Program-made: the position numbers and the translations under genes | Assembly: GCA_964016885.1 (NCBI GenBank) | Contig: OZ024743.1 | Location: forward strand, 114,886,001 to 114,950,000 | Direction: 5' to 3' | From: Eledone cirrhosa | Taxonomy: Eukaryota | Length of the DNA stretch: 64,000 nt | The notes under the pieces: generated by a model | Databases searched by the model: none | What the model saw: only the letters and a program-made list of their open reading frames with translations | Told to the model about the DNA's origin: nothing | In this document: piece after piece, positions 26,155 through 40,745 of the stretch | Numbering within the stretch: the stretch's first letter is position 1 | Layout of the letters: every line of letters starts with the position of its first letter

Positions 26155-27164
26155 CTACCAAAAGTTTACGGTAGTGTCCAATCCGCATGAAGAACTCAAT
26201 GTAATCCGGATATCATGAAAAGAGAAGATGCATTCAAAAACTACTTTCGGTAAAAAATAAACGGAAAACAGAGTCAAGATAAATTATAAAAAAAATAATG
26301 AATAAACAAAGAAACAGTTCCTTATATTAAACAAAAAAATTTCATTATTTTACGATCGTTTCTAGGATATATATGTGTGTTAGAATTGGTATGCATATTC
26401 TATAGATCTATGTACAATATTTATACAAACTATCAGAGGGAATATACATATCTTCACATATATATGCTGTCTTCAGAAATAATGATACTTGTTTATTGAT
26501 AAGAACAAAGATTCAATACAATAGGTCTGTTTGGGAACAGGTTTTGAATTGACCAATGAGGAGATAGTGAGGGTCAAGATAGTGATATAGCATTAGGAGA
26601 ACCTTAAATTATGGGTAGGGGAAGTAGATTTCAGTTTTGGATGGAAAAGAGTATTATGAATGAAGGATTACTTTAGGGAAGAAGTAGGTCATATGTTGCC
26701 CTTTAGAAATAATTTTATTTGTTCATTGAATAAAACCAACAAAGATCCAATATAATAATGGATTACTTTAGGGAAGAAGTAGGTCATATCTTGACCTCAG
26801 AAATAATTTTGTTTGTTCATTGAATAAAACCAACAAAGATCAAATATATTCTGTCTGTTTGGTAAGAGGTTTAGAATTAACCAATAGAAAGTTAATATTT
26901 GGCCAAATGGTAAAATAGTAGTAATTGAAACTTATTTTAGGGGTGAAATTAGGTCAGGTGGTCAGTAGAAGGTATACAAGCAGTTGCTGTTATAAAATAG
27001 TGATGCCAATACAAATATCTAGGGTGACCAGAGTTTTAATGATGGGTATATATATATATATATATTGATAAAATTATACTAATACATATAGATGTGATAA
27101 ATAAGAGTTAGATGCAGTTGAAAAGTGCTGTTAAGGATGAGGGGAGATTAAAAGAATATAAAAA

Positions 27165-27165
<1 letters not shown>
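26155..27165 (-). mobile_element. PLE-like non-coding 3' region with hammerhead and a ~96 bp tandem duplication
   Basis: The terminal 330 bp is shared with 19060-19375. GGATTACTTTAGGGAAGAAGTAGGTCATAT is repeated at ~26665 and ~26760. Confidence 0.7.
26342..26485 (-). ncRNA. Type I hammerhead, 9 bp stem I, ~105 nt stem II
   Basis: Minus strand: TCATTATTT-CTGAAGA-...-GAAA-CGATCG-TA-AAATAATGA. Confidence 0.8.
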
Positions 27166-28754
<1,589 letters not shown>

Positions 28755-28755
<1 letters not shown>

Positions 28756-29930
28756 GTAACACACTGACCCCCAATATATTCACCTCTGCTAAGATGCGGG
28801 TCCCTGTGAAAATGTTCTCGCGCCACTCCTGGCCCGACTGTGGTGTGACATTAATATCGACCTTCCTTCCTCTCTCTTTCTATCTTCCTTCTTGTAGCCA
28901 TCAACCATTACTCTTCTACTTCTCTAAGCAGAATTTTAAAGTTCCAACTTTCTGTCGGACTGTTGGGTGGGTTTTAATGGCGACGCGACCAGCTCCCTGG
29001 CGAACGAGCTCACCTGGAGTGCTTGGAAAAATAAATTTCCCCTTCTTTCGGTAAATGAAAATACTCGCCGTAGCTTAATTCGCCATGGGGCCCGGAGCGC
29101 GGCCGGTGTTTTAACCGCCACATAGTACCTTTAAATTACAGAACAAATCGGAACTATTATATAATAAAATGTTAAACTGTTGAACTTTAAATTCTCTAAC
29201 CTCTTTAATATTGAATATTGATTATTAATTTTTTTAACTTCATCCTAGAAGTCTAAACACTGTAACACACTGACTCCCAATATATTCACCTCTGCTAAGA
29301 TGCGGGTCCCTATGTAAATTTTCTCGCGCCACTCCTGGCCTGACTGTGGTCTGACATTAATATCGACCTTCCTTGCTCTTTCTTTCTATCTTCCTTCTTG
29401 TAGCCATCAACCCTTACTTTTCTACTTCTCTCTTCTCTCCCTTCACTTCTCCCCTCTTCCTGTCTACCTCCCGCAAACGTATCTTCCTTCCCCCTCTTGC
29501 TTGCCTATATCTGACCGGTAGTAGTTGCCTTTCTTCTTTTAGCTGACATTAAACCTGGCTTCTTCTCTTCTTTCTTCCCCCTTCTTCTCTCTCCTTCCTT
29601 TCTTTCTTTCTTTTACCTTGTGTCATGAGATCGACGTTACCATATGTTCCCATCCCTTTCTGTTCTCGTTTATCTGACCGGTAGTAGCATACTATAAACT
29701 TTAGCCACGTCACTCCAGGGCGCCAGCTGAAGTTGAAGGAACAGAATAGCGGTCGCCCTCGGTCCTCGATTTTCAGCCCCATGGATTTTATCTATTACAT
29801 TCACGTATTATATTTCGAATACCTGATGATATCACCGGATTCATACGGAACCCGGTCATTGAAATGATCATAGTATAATAAACCTTTCAAGGATTTACAC
29901 AAATCCAGCCTCCTGTCATTTCATTATTAT
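28755..29930 (+). mobile_element. Non-coding PLE-like element with ~170 bp direct repeats and terminal hammerhead
   Basis: TGTAACACACTGAC..CTACTTCTCT occurs at 28755-28925 and 29261-29432. HHR at 29819-29876. Confidence 0.7.
29819..29876 (+). ncRNA. Type I hammerhead with palindromic stem III
   Basis: ATAC-CTGATGA-tatc ACCGG..CCGGT catt-GAAA-TGATCA-TA-GTAT. The base of stem II is mismatched. Confidence 0.75.
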
Positions 29931-30188
29931 ATATATTCTGAGTTCAAATCCCGCCGAGGTTAACTTTGCCTTTCATCCTTACGGGGTCGATAAAATAAAG
30001 TACCAGTAATGCACTGGGTAATTGCTGGCCTTGTGCCAAAAGTAGAAACAATTATTATATATATATATTTTGTATGAGTAATCAACTTTATATACATGTC
30101 TAGCTGAAAACAATGTTCAAAGTCAAACGACATCAAACTTCTGTATTTCCGTATCGGTCAAATATTGATTGTGAAAACTTTACAAAAG

Positions 30189-30237
<49 letters not shown>

Positions 30238-30240
<3 letters not shown>

Positions 30241-30325
30241 GGTGTCCCAAAAAATGTATACACCATTCTAATAATTAATGCTTGTACAGGTAAACAAAGT
30301 GCGTATACATTTTTGGGACACCCTA
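30238..30325. mobile_element. Tc1/mariner-type MITE (~88 bp)
   Basis: TIRs CAGGGTGTCCCAAAAAATGTATAC / GTATACATTTTTGGGACACCCT, preceded by TA. Confidence 0.85.
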
Positions 30326-30341
30326 TCTCTGTATGTGTATG

Positions 30342-30469
<128 letters not shown>

Positions 30470-30786
30470 CACTACTATATATGGAAAACTGCGGCTGCGG
30501 CTTCCGAAGCATCCGATGATGTTGACAAGTTCTCCTTTTCGGGTATTGTTTTCGATGCTCAGAGAGTGAGATTGATCGAGTGCAAGGCCTTTCACCATTT
30601 TAAAAACCTTCAAAGCACAGGCATTGCTTGTTCAGGATCTGTTGCAAGCGATTGCAATACTATTAGCAGAGTATGCAGCCATTATATATATATATATATA
30701 TATATATAGTAATAATAATAAATTTGAAGACTAAAATCCAAAGAGGGCTCGATTCTTTGCTTAAACTTTAATCTGTTATTTTAATA

Positions 30787-30873
<87 letters not shown>

Positions 30874-31554
30874 TTATATATATATATATGTGTGTGTCTG
30901 TATGTATGTGTGTGTGTGAGTGTGTGTGTGTGTATATTCACAATATGGTCACACGCGACATTGATGGACAACAAAAATATGCGGACATGTGGTCCACAGA
31001 CTCGATGAGTAAACCTAAGACTGAAGATTAGTGCGCAGGTGTCAAGCTGTAAGATATTGTAGGTATGGATTGATAACTCCTTGTAGAAATGTAGAGGTAC
31101 AGTAGTGACATGCCGTGTGTCCTCGGTATTTTTAAAGGTTCGAGGAACCCATCTCCTCCCCGGGTCTGAACACAGTCGATTTCTTTGAGAGAAGTATATA
31201 GAGAGGAAATGATAAAGAGATACAAGGGAAGAATCGACCTCAGTACTAGACTGGTACTAAATTATGGAAAGGTAAGTTGAGCTTGGCGTGTTTTGAAAGC
31301 AGACTGCTAGAACGAATAACAGAAACATTGTATCCGACGTTGTAACGAATCTGACGAATTGCCACCTTTTTAAGCTTATGTCGATATTGAGAGGATGGAA
31401 CGTAAAGTTGAACTGAGGGCGCAGAGAGCCGAACGAATACCGCAAATCTTCAATCTGACATTCTAACGACGACTGCTAATTCGACCCCAATATTGTAGGA
31501 AAATAGTAAAGAAATAACGTTTACGAAACAAAATTGCATTAGTTGATACATAAT

Positions 31555-31907
31555 TGTTTCTACTTTAGGCACAAGGCCAGCAAATACCCAGTACATTACT
31601 GGTACTTTATTTTAGCGCCCCTGTAAGGATGAAAGACAAAGTCAACCTCGGCGGGATTTGAACTTAGACCGTAAAGATACGTAACTATGCTGGAAAGCAT
31701 GGCGTCCGACCCTCCACCGATACTTGTTTCTACTTTAGGCACAAGGCCAGCAATTACCCAGTGCATTACTGGTACTTTATTTTATCGACCCCGTAAGGAT
31801 GAAAGACAAAGTCAACCTCGGCGGGATTTGAACTCAGATCGTAAAGGGACGTAACTATGCTTGAAAGCATGGCGTCCGACCCTCTACCGATACTGCCAAT
31901 CCACCAC
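31555..31907 (-). mobile_element. Head-to-tail SINE dimer with 18 bp target-site duplication
   Basis: Two ~172 bp units with B box GTTCAAATCC and CTTTCATCCTTACGGGGTCGATAAAATAAAGTACCAG. CATTAGTTGATACATAAT flanks both sides (31537-31554, 31908-31925). Confidence 0.9.
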
Positions 31908-32275
31908 CATTAGTTGATACATAATGCCAATAACAGACATCTGCCAAATTACAAACAGTTTTAAAGACTTTAAATTGATTTGTCTTGGAAAGAACGAAAG
32001 CAGGAAGGAAAGGAAAAAGACACCAATGACGCACACAACAGCAACAACAGCAACAACACCAGCACGTCTAAAGTGATGTTTTTTTAGTTTGTTTTTATTT
32101 TCTTTGTTAGTAATCTTTTCTTTCAGTTATTTGAAATGAATATATCTTAGTTTAGCATTTTAAAATACAATAGCGGTTAATGAAGGATCAGTTACAAATA
32201 AATACTCCTCTTACGTTTAGCACTTGCCTACTTTTTTATGAATATCTATGTACTTTTTATGTGTGTATCTATGTA

Positions 32276-32344
<69 letters not shown>

Positions 32345-32356
32345 CTAAATAAATAA

Positions 32357-32397
<41 letters not shown>

Positions 32398-32421
32398 TAT
32401 ATCTATATATATATATACATA

Positions 32422-32455
<34 letters not shown>

Positions 32456-32456
32456 C

Positions 32457-32495
<39 letters not shown>

Positions 32496-32516
32496 TATAT
32501 ATATATATACAAATAA

Positions 32517-32563
<47 letters not shown>

Positions 32564-32613
32564 TATCTATATATACATATATACATATATATGTATATAT
32601 ATATATATAGATA

Positions 32614-32667
<54 letters not shown>

Positions 32668-33651
32668 GGGGGGGTATGTGGGTATGTATGTATGTCTATG
32701 CATGAGTATGTATCTATGTATAAATGTGTGTGCATATGTATGTTTGTATGTGTGTCGGGATGTGGGTCGAAGTGTGTGTGTGATTATTAGCAAGTTATTA
32801 GCATGCGTGTCAGCGTGTATGCGTGTTACTGCGTTGGCATGATTGCGTTGCTGTATGTCTGTATACATGTATGTCTGTATACATATGTCTGTTTACATTC
32901 AAACACTGTAACAGTGTTTGAATGCGTGTATCATTATGTATGTGTGTGCGTCAATGTTTCTACGTGTTTAAGTATGGTTTGTATGTTACTGTGTATTGTA
33001 TGCGTATATGTATGTATGTGTGTATATGTGCGTTTAATTAATAGGTTATGAATATGTATGTCGGCGTGTACGTCCTGTGTGTTTCATTGACACTGAGAAA
33101 GTGTTTGGCTAGGAATTTGTGAATGAGTATACAGATATGAGTGTTTGCGTAAGTGTATGTGTTAGCCTATATATGTGTGTATTTGTGTTACTGTTTTTAC
33201 GTTTGTGTAAATACATGTATGTGCATAAGGTTACTGTGTGTATGTGTCTGTCATATTTCTCCTCATTTAATGTGTTTCTTTTTATCTTTGACAATGTGAA
33301 ATATATACGTCAAATGTAAAGCTGATTCATCCAGGGATCAAAACTATACCAGCGAGTCTACTCTTATGTATGAATGTATAAACACGTAACTCTCAATGGA
33401 GTTGCAGATGTGCTGTAGTGACATACAACATGACTTGGGTATTTAAAACCTGGTTGAGCCCATCTCTTTCCAGTTCTCAACACAGCCGGGTTTTTTCTAC
33501 TGAAGATCCGCATAAGGTGAAACAATTATTCTCGGTATGGTGAACTAATTGTTGTGTTACTACTTCTACCAAACTCGTCCCATGGATTGAGTGCTCTACC
33601 ACTACGGATATTACCTTCCAGTTTTCTTCCTCTCTCTATATATATATATTT

Positions 33652-33717
<66 letters not shown>

Positions 33718-34389
33718 TGTGTGCGTGTGTGTGTGTGTGTGTGCGTGTGTGTGTATGAGGGAATAAGTAGAAAAGGGATGCAGAGGAAGAATCGACCCAG
33801 TACTTGACTGATACTTTTGCCCTCCGAGGGTTTTAAACTTAAGGTGCATTGAGCGGGAATGATTAACAAAAATCTTTCTATCTTACGATCAAACCACTCA
33901 GTCAATTTGCCTTCTCTTGTTTTATTCTCGTTAATCAGTAATTAAAATACAGACTTAGTCAAGAGGTTTTCCTTTTCCTGTGTTTGAAATATATTTTATG
34001 ACCCTTCTAAACAATTTCCGATTATGGATCTAATCTTTGCTCGCCATTTCATTCCAGCATCAGGCCAAGTGATATGCTGTCTTAACACACGGCACCTTTC
34101 ACCACTACTACTGTGGTTTCTGCCTCTCGGAACTGGTAGATATAATCCGTCTTCCATGCCTCTCACTAAACAAACGTCTCTCCTCCTCCCAGGCCGCATG
34201 CCAGTCATTTTTCTGTCCAGTCTCCTTAAAGTGTCATCTCTCTGGACATTTTTTTCTCAATGTTTTCCTTTTAATCGTCAACAGTCGATCAGTCAAATCG
34301 CTGCCACCGGTTTCAGCGGTGTTTTGAACACAAGAGGTTCAACCGTTTCATATGGATTCAATAATGAAATGGAGATATAAAATATACCA

Positions 34390-34740
<351 letters not shown>

Positions 34741-34988
34741 CACACACTAAGAAAATCTATGAAGTTTCCTTTACATGTATTTATCTGCATCGACATGTTA
34801 CACGTGTTTCGCAGATTATTGGCTCATGGTCATCCATGGAAGTTAAGGACCCGACTCCAGTATCGCACTTTTCGTGACACTGGTAATTCAACAAAAGATT
34901 ATGTTCGGCATATATAATCAACGGCCCCATGCGTAGATGTGTGCGTATGTAAGTATTCGAGAGCGTAGGCAGGTCTAGTGTGTGTGTG

Positions 34989-35051
<63 letters not shown>

Positions 35052-35479
35052 GTTTATGTGTTTATACCTGTGTATTCATTTGGGGTTGTTTATATATGTA
35101 CGTGCATGTGTGTGTAGGTATAGATCGGCCAGGTTTTCAAAACAGGTTATAGGACAATGCAGTGGAGACTTCTGGTTTCCTTGGCCTTAAGGCTACCACC
35201 CTACTTACCACCTTAAGCGCTGAGCTGGCTAACTGCATGTGTGAGCCTCACGAGATGGATTGGCTCTTCCAGCGGATCTCCCTTACCATCCTCTGGGGAA
35301 ACGCCTTCAATATTCTGTTCACCGGGGCTGTAGGGTAGCCAGCACGTGGGACCCCATTTGCTCTTTATACAGTGAGATGCGGAGGGTGAGAGAGATGGAA
35401 GCGATGACAGTGGTAGTTTGGCTCTTCCGTGTTCGGATCTGGTGTGCAGCGTCAGTTGTCCGTAGGTAGGTAGTGATTC

Positions 35480-35520
<41 letters not shown>

Positions 35521-35872
35521 CATTGCCTGAGAAAATACCTATATGTGTGTATAGATGGTGCGTACATATATTTATTATATTTTTTTAAATATCTCTATGT
35601 GTGTATTGATGGTACATACATATATTTATTATTTTAAAAATATACAATTGAGTTCTTAAACACGTGGTTAAAATACCTAACAGGCTTCAATGACCAGCGT
35701 GTATATTATTTTATACTTTACGATGACCTCCCCTTTCCCTTTTGGGGACAGTGTGAATTTTCTTTTTCAAGGACTACTGGTTTTTCAAATTTATCTGTCC
35801 TTCTAGCACTGACGGAGACCATCACTGATTGTTAATATCGATGTAGTTTTTTATATCGATATTGCATGGGCA

Positions 35873-35995
35873 TCCACTGATGAGTTATAAGGGCCCGCTT
35901 GTGTGTATATCTATGGATTATATACAAGTTTCTAGATAACCTGGACATTTTTTATCCCAACTTGTAGAAATCTTATAACGAAACGATCGTATGGA
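35873..35995 (+). ncRNA. Type I hammerhead, intact core, ~95 nt branched stem II
   Basis: TCCA-CTGATGA-GTTATAAG...CTTATAAC-GAAA-CGATCG-TA-TGGA, with an inner TACAAGTT/AACTTGTA helix. It lies in a (TA)n-flanked insert at ~35520-36175. Confidence 0.88.
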
Positions 35996-36629
35996 AGGAA
36001 AGAGAGATTTACTTAATTGTGTCTCATATAAAATAATACAACCAGCTATCCATGGAATACTGTATAGTTAGCACCCCAAACACTAAATTGGGATTATACT
36101 TAGGTATATCCTAATGTTTGTTGAGTGAGATCGAGTTGGTCAGAGTTTCGCTTAAAGCTTTCTCTGTTAATATATTAAATATATATATACATATATGTAT
36201 ATGCAGACACACACACACACAGACACACACATATATATATATACACACATATACATACATACATACATGCATACATATACATACATACATATATTTTTAT
36301 ATATATATATAGATATAGATATAGAGTTCTCTATCTTTTCACCAGTCAGTTCTGTCTTATTCTATTGATGACCACTCAGCATGGGATTCTGGAATTAAAT
36401 ACTGTGCTGAATTTTTCTGGCTAAAATGACCCATTGGGTAACAAGAACAGCAGCTGGAATAACGATATCATCAAAACAACAACAGCCACAACAGCATCAA
36501 CAAGAAACAAATAGCAGTAGCAACATATTCCACACAACCAAATAAATAAATGAATTTATCAGTAATGTCAATCATAGAACAAATAATGTTGGTAATAATG
36601 TAATAATAATAATAATAATAATAGTGATT

Positions 36630-36720
36630 TCATTTATTGGCCACAAGGGCCGACATGTAGGGGACAATACAAAGACATGGAGAGTGGGGGTTTACAGTAA
36701 GCTCGAGTAAAAGTGCACAA
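36630..36720 (-). mobile_element. Short 3' end of the L1/Tx1-like LINE
   Basis: TTTATTGGCCACAAGGG..ACAT..AG..GA.AATACAA..GTGGGG.TTTACA matches 50043-50107 and is next to an (AAT)n tract. Confidence 0.7.
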
Positions 36721-36774
36721 TGGCAAGACTAATTTAACAATGAAAATATAAAAAATATAAAATAAACTATGCAT

Positions 36775-37160
36775 CATATTTCTACTTTTAGCACACGGCC
36801 CCAAATTACCCCAGTGCATTACTGGTGCTTTATTTTATCGACCCCATAAGGATGAAAGGAAAAGTTGACCTCGGCGGGATTTGAACTCAGATCGTAAAAG
36901 GCCATAACTCTATGCTGCAAAGCATGGTGTCTGACGCTCTACATATACTGTCAATCCAAATAATAGTAATAATTGTTTCTACATTTGGCACAAGGCCAGC
37001 AATTATCCCAGTGTAGTACTGGTACTTTATTTTATCCACCCTGTAAGGATGAAAAGCAAAGTTAACCTCGGCGGGATTTGAACTCAGATCGTAAAGGGGC
37101 GTAACTCTATGCTGCAAAGTAAGGCGACCGACCCTCTATCGATACTGCCATTCCACCATA
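36775..37160 (-). mobile_element. Tandem SINE copies
   Basis: Repeated AAGGATGAAA..AAAGTT.ACCTCGGCGGGATTTGAACTCAGATCGTAAA. Confidence 0.9.
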
Positions 37161-37300
37161 CCATAATAATAATAACAATAAAAAATGAAATAAAAACAGA
37201 AAAATGTATGTGTGTGTATATGTATATATATACACACATATATATATATATACATGCATACATATATATATACAAAAAACAAACATCCACACACACACAC

Positions 37301-37360
<60 letters not shown>

Positions 37361-37365
37361 GGGTG

Positions 37366-37404
<39 letters not shown>

Positions 37405-38929
37405 GTAGATAGATATACCTATAAATGGCCTATAAGTCTTCGTGATTTTCGTTCCCTATAATTTTTCTTGTTTTAATCCATTGCAATAATTGCATATTTT
37501 CTTTAATAAACGTAAAAGTGAGATCTTTCAGACAAGATATTAATATTACCGGAAAGTAATTACATAAACGAATGAGTTTGAAAAGTCTGCTAATTCAAAC
37601 GATATTAATAAATGCCAAGAACTTCAATATATCTCCAACAATTTATTCCTATAGGTTTTGAGTATTGTGTGTTGTATTTCCCCTTGACATGATACTGTCG
37701 GAAAAGCGGTTAAAATGACCTCTCTATGAACATAGTTTAAGATAGATCCTCCTATGTCTTAATTTTTCCATAAATGATAAGATTCTCTCGAAATATCTCA
37801 TCTAAGATTGTGTTAGACAGAAAATTAAGTACCTGTCAGGAAACAGTTGGAATTTAATAATAAAATGGCTTCATAGCGTTAATACTTGTGGGACCAGGCA
37901 TTAGAGTGTAATATGAAATATCTCTGTTCAAGAATATACAGCCATCAATCGTTTGGGAGTTAGCTGAAAATACACTTTAGAGGCAATGTAAGGACAGATA
38001 TTTAAGAATTTCTCCTAAAGGATTGTTGATATTCAACGAACGTCTATGAACAAAGAAACATCACAGCGATCTAATGATATATAAGATTTATTGACGTCAT
38101 TGTCTTCTCTGAAGATCTACCATTGCTAATAAAATTTACACAAGGGAAATAATTATCAGCATTTATACATCTGATGCACTCATACTAGAGTTATAAAGAG
38201 GTTTACATGGTGCATGAATATGGAAACATATAACATAAGATGATCGATTACACTGTTGAATGTAAATGTGACAAGCTGAAATCATATGGGTACGGGTTTC
38301 AAAAATATTGCTCGTCAACATCAACTATTGTATTGGGTTGGCTCAAGTGTAGTTAAAAACTGTATGGATGGAAGCTCGTCAGATAGATTGTAATTCAGCT
38401 TTATCATCCACTGTACCAAATTAATTCTGCCTAGGGATTGCGTTAATTATACAGAATTCCGCCTCCAGCCTGTCACTTCGACTACAAGCCACACTGTCAT
38501 TCGTAACACCAAGTAGAGCAAAATAGCTAAATACCACGATCGACGGTTTTGTTTACATACAGGTAGATATCGACATCTTTGGTACCTTCGACCCCGAATT
38601 GCCATTTTTCTACGCAAAGTTGGGAGGAGTGCAAGCCGCCCGAGGAAGGAGCCGTGAGCTGGAATGGCTGAGACAGCGTTTGTTGTTAAGTGTTCCTTGC
38701 GTAATGCCTTTACCTTTGTGTCTACCGGGCAATGTTGAGTTACACCACCTAAATTTTGTGTGTACTGACTGCCGGGGGACTAATCAATTTTTTTCGATTG
38801 GAGATATTTTAGGGCAAACTGATGATGACTGGAGATAATTTATGAATTGTTAGCGTAAATAGACCTGGTTTCTTTGAATTTAGTTAGGATCGTATATTAT
38901 AAATTATTAATTGCCCAATGGCCTGTTCG

Positions 38930-39425
38930 ATTAAAGTACCAGTAATGTACTGGGTAATTGCTGGCCTTGTGCCAAAAGTAGAAACAATTATTATTATTCA
39001 TAATGAGACATGGGTGGTTGATTGGCAAAATGCGTAGAGGGCCGGACGCCATGCTTTGACGCATAGAGTTACGGTCCTTTATGATCTGAGTTCAAATCCC
39101 GCCGAGGTTAACTTTGCCTTTCATACTTACAGGATCGATAAAATAAAATACCAGTAATGTACTGGGTAATTGCTGGCCTTGTGCCAAAAGTAGAAACAAT
39201 TATTGTTCATAATGATACAAGGGTGGTGGATTGGTAGAATCGGTAGAACATCGGACAAAATGCTTAGTGACATTTAGTTACGATTTTCTACATTCTGAGT
39301 TGAAATCCCGCAGAGGTCAAATTTATCTTTCAACTTTTCGGGGTCGATAGAATAAAGTAGCACTAAAGTAGTGAGATCGATATAATTCACTTTCTCCTTT
39401 CCCCATATTGTTAGAAAGAATTATT
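38930..39425 (+). mobile_element. Tandem SINE array (partial copy plus two copies)
   Basis: Repeated TACCAGTAATGTACTGGGTAATTGCTGGCCTTGTGCCAAAAGTAGAAACAATTATT, and a duplicated TTCATAATGA.ACA.GGGTGGT leader. Confidence 0.9.
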
Positions 39426-39826
39426 TATAATGAATTTTGTCTTTTATTTGTCTCAAGTCGATAAAGTATAGAAACAATAGGGACGTCGGTGTCGTTAAAA
39501 TATAGTAATAATAACGAAGTGGGGTCGATATAATCTATTTTCTCCTTCCACTAAATTTCTGGCATTGGGTAAAAGCGATATGATACAGTGAAATAATTGA
39601 CATAATTAAAAGCATGCAAGAATCCAAGAAACAATACAAAGGTTGCAGTTTAGATTTTCTAATTTTGTTAGATGAATGTGGAATAAGAATATTCCCCGGA
39701 AGAATTTTACATTAAATTTAAATTATTGACACACTTATGAAAATTAATTAAATATTTGCATATGAATGTAAAAATAAATATATATAAATTCTCAAATTAT
39801 GGTCCATATCATTGTACATTATAATC

Positions 39827-39887
<61 letters not shown>

Positions 39888-40147
39888 ATGTGTGTGTATG
39901 TGTGTGTGTGTCTGTGTGTGTCTGTGTGTGTGCGTGTGTGTGTGTCTATACAGGGAAATGGGGAAAAATGCACATAAATGTATATTCTTTGATGCAGTAT
40001 TTCCGCAGCAGAAATTCCCTCAAAGGACTTGATCGATCATATGAATTCAGTCTGTTGCCTATTGAATCGCTTAAAATTGGAGTTTTAGAGCCTAAGGGAC
40101 ATAACACAAGATAACACACAAACATATACATAATTACGCACACACAC

Positions 40148-40223
<76 letters not shown>

Positions 40224-40289
40224 TTATAAATACGCACACATGTGTATATGCATATAATGTAATTTAGACCCCACCCACATATATATCTA

Positions 40290-40684
40290 CAGGGTCGGCC
40301 AGAATTCATGACTCGTTATTTTTTGTGGGTTTATTTCAAAGACCGTGTCAATCGTTACAAGATTAAAAGTCTTGAACATCTTAAACAAGTTATTCTCCAA
40401 GCATGTGAAGCAATCCCAATAGACATGTGTCGTAAAGCATGTCAAAATGTTTCAATAAGGTTGCAAGCCAGTGTTGCAACTGAAGTAGGACAGGTTGAAC
40501 ATGAAATGGAAAACCGATTTAACTAAGCAGCACATTAATTAAATGTGTACAGTTGCGTGCTTACCGTATCTTGTTCATGGTCTTATGCCGGTATATGGTA
40601 TTATAATCCTTAACTTGTTTTATAACATTTTGTGTTAATAGATCTATAAATAATCAAGTGAGTCATGGATTCTGGCCCACCCTG
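40290..40684 (+). mobile_element. Internally deleted Tc1/mariner element
   Basis: TIRs CAGGGTCGGCCAGAATTCATGACTC / GAGTCATGGATTCTGGCCCACCCTG with TA on both sides. Transposase C-terminus YFLWVYFKDRV..LEHLKQVILQACEAIP..RLQASV..GQVEH. Confidence 0.92.

Positions 40685-40745
<61 letters not shown>

Noticed and set aside
33996-34380. GC-richer ORFs here, and at 30465-30685, 35170-35470 and 38560-38840, as host exons
   Set aside because: No recognisable protein family or consistent splice pattern. They are more likely old LINE fragments, though a small exon cannot be excluded without RNA data.
36775-39425. Regularly spaced repeats as CRISPR or tRNA arrays
   Set aside because: The units are ~170-205 bp SINEs with decayed A/B boxes. 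There are no unique spacers, no cas genes and no full cloverleaf, and the context is eukaryotic.
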